Shown piece after piece: positions 60,852-64,000 of a stretch of 64,000 nt of DNA (positions are counted from its first letter, which is position 1; each line of letters begins with the position of its first letter). The position numbers and the translations under genes were made by a program. The stretch lies in assembly GCA_049724395.1 (NCBI GenBank), contig JAUGWO010000107.1:124001-188000 (forward strand), in the 5' to 3' direction. The stretch comes from Spongospora subterranea f. sp. subterranea. Lineage: Eukaryota. The notes under the pieces were generated by a model that was not told the DNA's origin, searched no databases, and was given only the letters and a program-made list of their open reading frames with translations.

Positions 60852-62326
60852 TTATTGATCGACATTATCAAAATAATACAGTGCTTTAGACAGTTTTTCA
60901 TCAGTTACGTTGAAAACTGGATTGATCGAACGCAGCTGCGGTTCGGTATGCTGTAGAGATCGCGGTTGATGCTCGGCAATTGACATACCGCTAAGGGAAT
61001 AGCACATATGGTACAGATCAGGATTCTTCTCAGGTTTATCCTTGATTCCACCGCTTAACGACTGGCAACAACATACGATGTATTTTTGTAATGCATCGGC
61101 GTTGAATAACCAATTTCGTACACAATCCTGTCGAGCAAGGACCGAGTCCACTATTGGAAAAATTCCTCCCACCCAATATGAATAACAGGAATCCACGAGC
61201 TTGTTTGTCCGGCCTTGAAATCCCTGCAAATACCAGTTAAGTGCTTCACCGACAGATACAATGGCTGAAACCACACCCCTTCTATCGACATTTGTCGCAT
61301 TGCTGCCCTGTTGAAACACTTTAATTAGTTTGGAGATACAGCAATGAAGAACTCTCACCATCTCAATGAGCGTTTGGCGGTGACTTTATCGAGTTGCCCA
61401 AGGAGAAGTAAAGACGCTATTCCACAGAGCGCGTATCTTTAAATTTTGATTAGAACTAAGGAGCTTTGAAGAGCAGGTGATATATACCCTCCATGGGCTT
61501 CATTTCCCGGTTCCCCACCTAGAAAATACAGGTTAACAATAATCCTGTCTATGAACATGATGATAATACCAAATCCGCCTTCATATGTTTGGCATTGTTT
61601 TACCCAATTAGCCACACCGACAAACAGCTGCGGGCAGAAACTCTCAAGTCTACACGTCAACGCCGACACCAAAGCGCAATAAGTCGCCCGAACATCTAGC
61701 TCAGCAATAAGTGGAATAATCCTAAATCCATGGTGAAAAATGTACCAATTTCTCCACCCTGATGCATTGTGAACCCTGCCGACGGGTCTTTCCTTGCAAG
61801 AATAAAGCTCGCCAGAGTCCTTCGATTGATTACTCGGAAGGGCTTCATCTGTCCCAATCTCACAAAGGGTCATGATGGAGGCATATCTAAAATCAATATG
61901 ATTGTCCATAGATAATCACGCTCCCAGGATATTGACTGACGTTGTGGCAAGATGGGGAAGCTGGGCAGGACCACCTGCAAACCCTCCATTAACATCTTGG
62001 CAACGGGACAGGAACTCGATCATGTTGTCGCATATTTCCCGTTGATTATGAAGCTGACCCAGGAGTGATAGCGAATGAACTATCCAGAAGCAGACCCAAG
62101 GTCGTGACGCATCCAGAGATACAGCCCAAGATGGAAGCTTTAGCGATGATGATATGGCGAACAATGCATGGGCAGTTCGTCGCAATTCTAACTACATCAA
62201 CCGTTTGAGAAAATAAGCCTGAGATGAATTAGCAGATACATCATTATTGGAAACGAGAAGTCGCGAGACGACATCCTGGACGGCGACCTGAGCGACGACT
62301 GTGGCGAAATCGATATCGGCCGACAT
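60852..62326 (-). CDS. FNTB: Protein farnesyltransferase beta subunit, multi-exon, +1 frameshift at 61840-61842
   Basis: SLDASRPWVCFWIVHSL.LL, GGFAGGP.QLPHLAT, DVRATYCA, CQTYEGG, EAHGGY, GFQGRTNKLVDSCYSYW, DKPEK.PDLYHMCYSLSG.S. Confidence 0.96.
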
Positions 62327-62884
62327 TAATCACGGAATAATATTGAGATGATATGATAGTGTAGAGGGTGGTAGAGGGGGGATAATTCACACCAATTATC
62401 ACAGTCAATCGCGACATTAATCACTTATATAGTCATCTCAAATTAAGATTGATTTTATCGAATCGACTCACAGCCGATCCGTCTCGTGGTCAAATTCCAC
62501 ATTCATTGTATATGTCATACTGGTTTGGTCTAAATGAGTGTTGATCGTCTAACACGAGCAAAATGGGCAATGGTTGAATGGGTGGAGTCGCGATGGTCAA
62601 CTTGGTGTCAATAATCCCAGGGTATTATCGGTGCAATACCTACCAGAACTCTTGTTAGTATAATATTCTGTCATTACAATTGATAACTCCCATAATCTAC
62701 TCGACATTTCTTGAAATAATATCATTCGGCACTTGAACAGTTCTAGGGAGAATTATTACCGTCTGCTAAGCGAAAATGCTGCCGAAATACGAATGAAAAG
62801 TGGGACAGATATTTTAAACATGAATTTGATAGATTATTTATTTGGGTTATAGATTACACAGAATAAATTAGTATGGAAAATCCA

Positions 62885-63891
62885 TTAGACATTATCGCCA
62901 GGAAATTCAACGGGTGCCCTGCCAGCGCTCATTGGCAATACCTCGTTTCCCATGGTGAAATCCCATCCAGATATTTCCAGCGTGTTGACTGGCAACAGCC
63001 AAAACAATTTCTTTGTACCAAAGATGCTCTCGAAATTTCTTCGTTTGCCTTGATCATAAGGATTTGATGACGGCCGAATAAAGCCATATTCCAGAGTTGT
63101 TTGGTTCAATAAGACCAAATGCAGATGAAACCCGAGAAAGAAGATCAATGTGATCGAAAACGCAATACACGATATAACGCCGAACAACGACATTAGGTCA
63201 AGAGTGAAATTCTTTTTAGCAGAGACAGCAAATACAGACATTATCTCAGTCCAATTGCACAAAATATAGATAATGCAACCTATTTGATGAGGTTAACCTA
63301 TTTTGAATGTTGTACAACTTGATCGCTTACCAGTACAGGACCAAAATAGAAAGAGCAAAAAATATTTGTAGTTGTAGTGGCCAACACAATTCGCCACCCA
63401 AGGACCTGGATGTTTCCGTAATTGATTGATGACGACTTAGATTGTCACAAACTTACAGTGGTGATCCATCTTTAAACAACAAACACCACACATTGAACAA
63501 TGATGAGCCCGATCAGGCTTCAATGACAGACATTTTGCACATCGTGGGCATTCCGCAGCCTCAAAATGCCCTGGAGCAGGATTGTATTTTGGAGAATTTG
63601 ACGTCATAACCTGGAACGTATAATTAGTTTAGGAATTGAATAAAGAATTTGACAACACACGCAGCGGATGTACGACGCAAGAACCAAAATCGACACGATA
63701 GTAAATAACACAACGGCGGCGACAGTCGTAAACGGCCGTTGGCTATAAAATTTAGACTGGAATACGAAGACGAAGGTGACCCAGTCGATAGCCACAATGC
63801 CGAACACGAAAACGACCGGGATCAAAATGACAACCCGCTTGACGACATTCGCGAATAGAGTTAGCGTCGTCCAGGCTTTGATTATAGTCAT
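62885..63891 (-). CDS. DHHC palmitoyl acyltransferase, multi-exon
   Basis: TMs; [62 protein letters not shown]. Confidence 0.95.
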
Positions 63892-64000
63892 CTCCGCGTG
63901 CCTGTGGATCAACAGGATGATTAGGCCAGCGGCCTGGTTATATGATAATGATCTGCATTAAACCCGTTGTTAGTTGGGCGAATTAGCTGGTCGGGTGGGT

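Noticed and set aside
9584..61842. Alternative genetic code or selenocysteine readthrough to explain interrupted genes
   Set aside because: The breaks are frame changes or introns rather than in-frame stops at conserved residues, and TAA, TAG and TGA all serve as normal terminators here.

Overview
Eukaryotic, gene-dense protist DNA with many short GT-AG introns (about 45-60 nt) and very short intergenic spacers. The actin sequence, flagellar/centrosomal genes (CEP41) and compact layout suggest a flagellated protist, plausibly a rhizarian such as a phytomyxid; this is inference and was not checked. The first ~17 kb is accessory-like. It holds an 85-bp tandem array at the window start, an orphan membrane/secreted ORF, a GT13 (GnT-I-like) gene with a GnT-V-like C-terminal domain, a 59-bp tandem repeat, a Mutator transposase relic and several fold-back inversions. 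It also contains a GpC-depleted, ATC/GAT-rich island (~9-15 kb) carrying pICln, a GDPH/VWD membrane protein and orphans. From ~17 kb onward the window is mostly housekeeping genes: WDR12, NSE2, RasGEF, actin, MRPL20, eIF2alpha, CEP41, CysRS, ZupT, a RanBP2-ZnF/PUB protein, WBP4-like, Bin3/MePCE, an ARM protein, RPS29, YqgF, FAM151, profilin, a zf-4CXXC_R1 protein, NECAP, FNTB and a DHHC PAT. That part also has a secreted SUEL-lectin/EF-hand protein and another transposase relic with a fold-back at ~59 kb. At least seven otherwise intact genes carry single-base frameshifts, most likely long-read assembly errors. The most unusual signals are the GpC-depleted island and the recurrent fold-back inversions inside transposon-like relics. 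No CRISPR, rRNA or tRNA was seen. All identifications are by motif recognition only; no searches were run.
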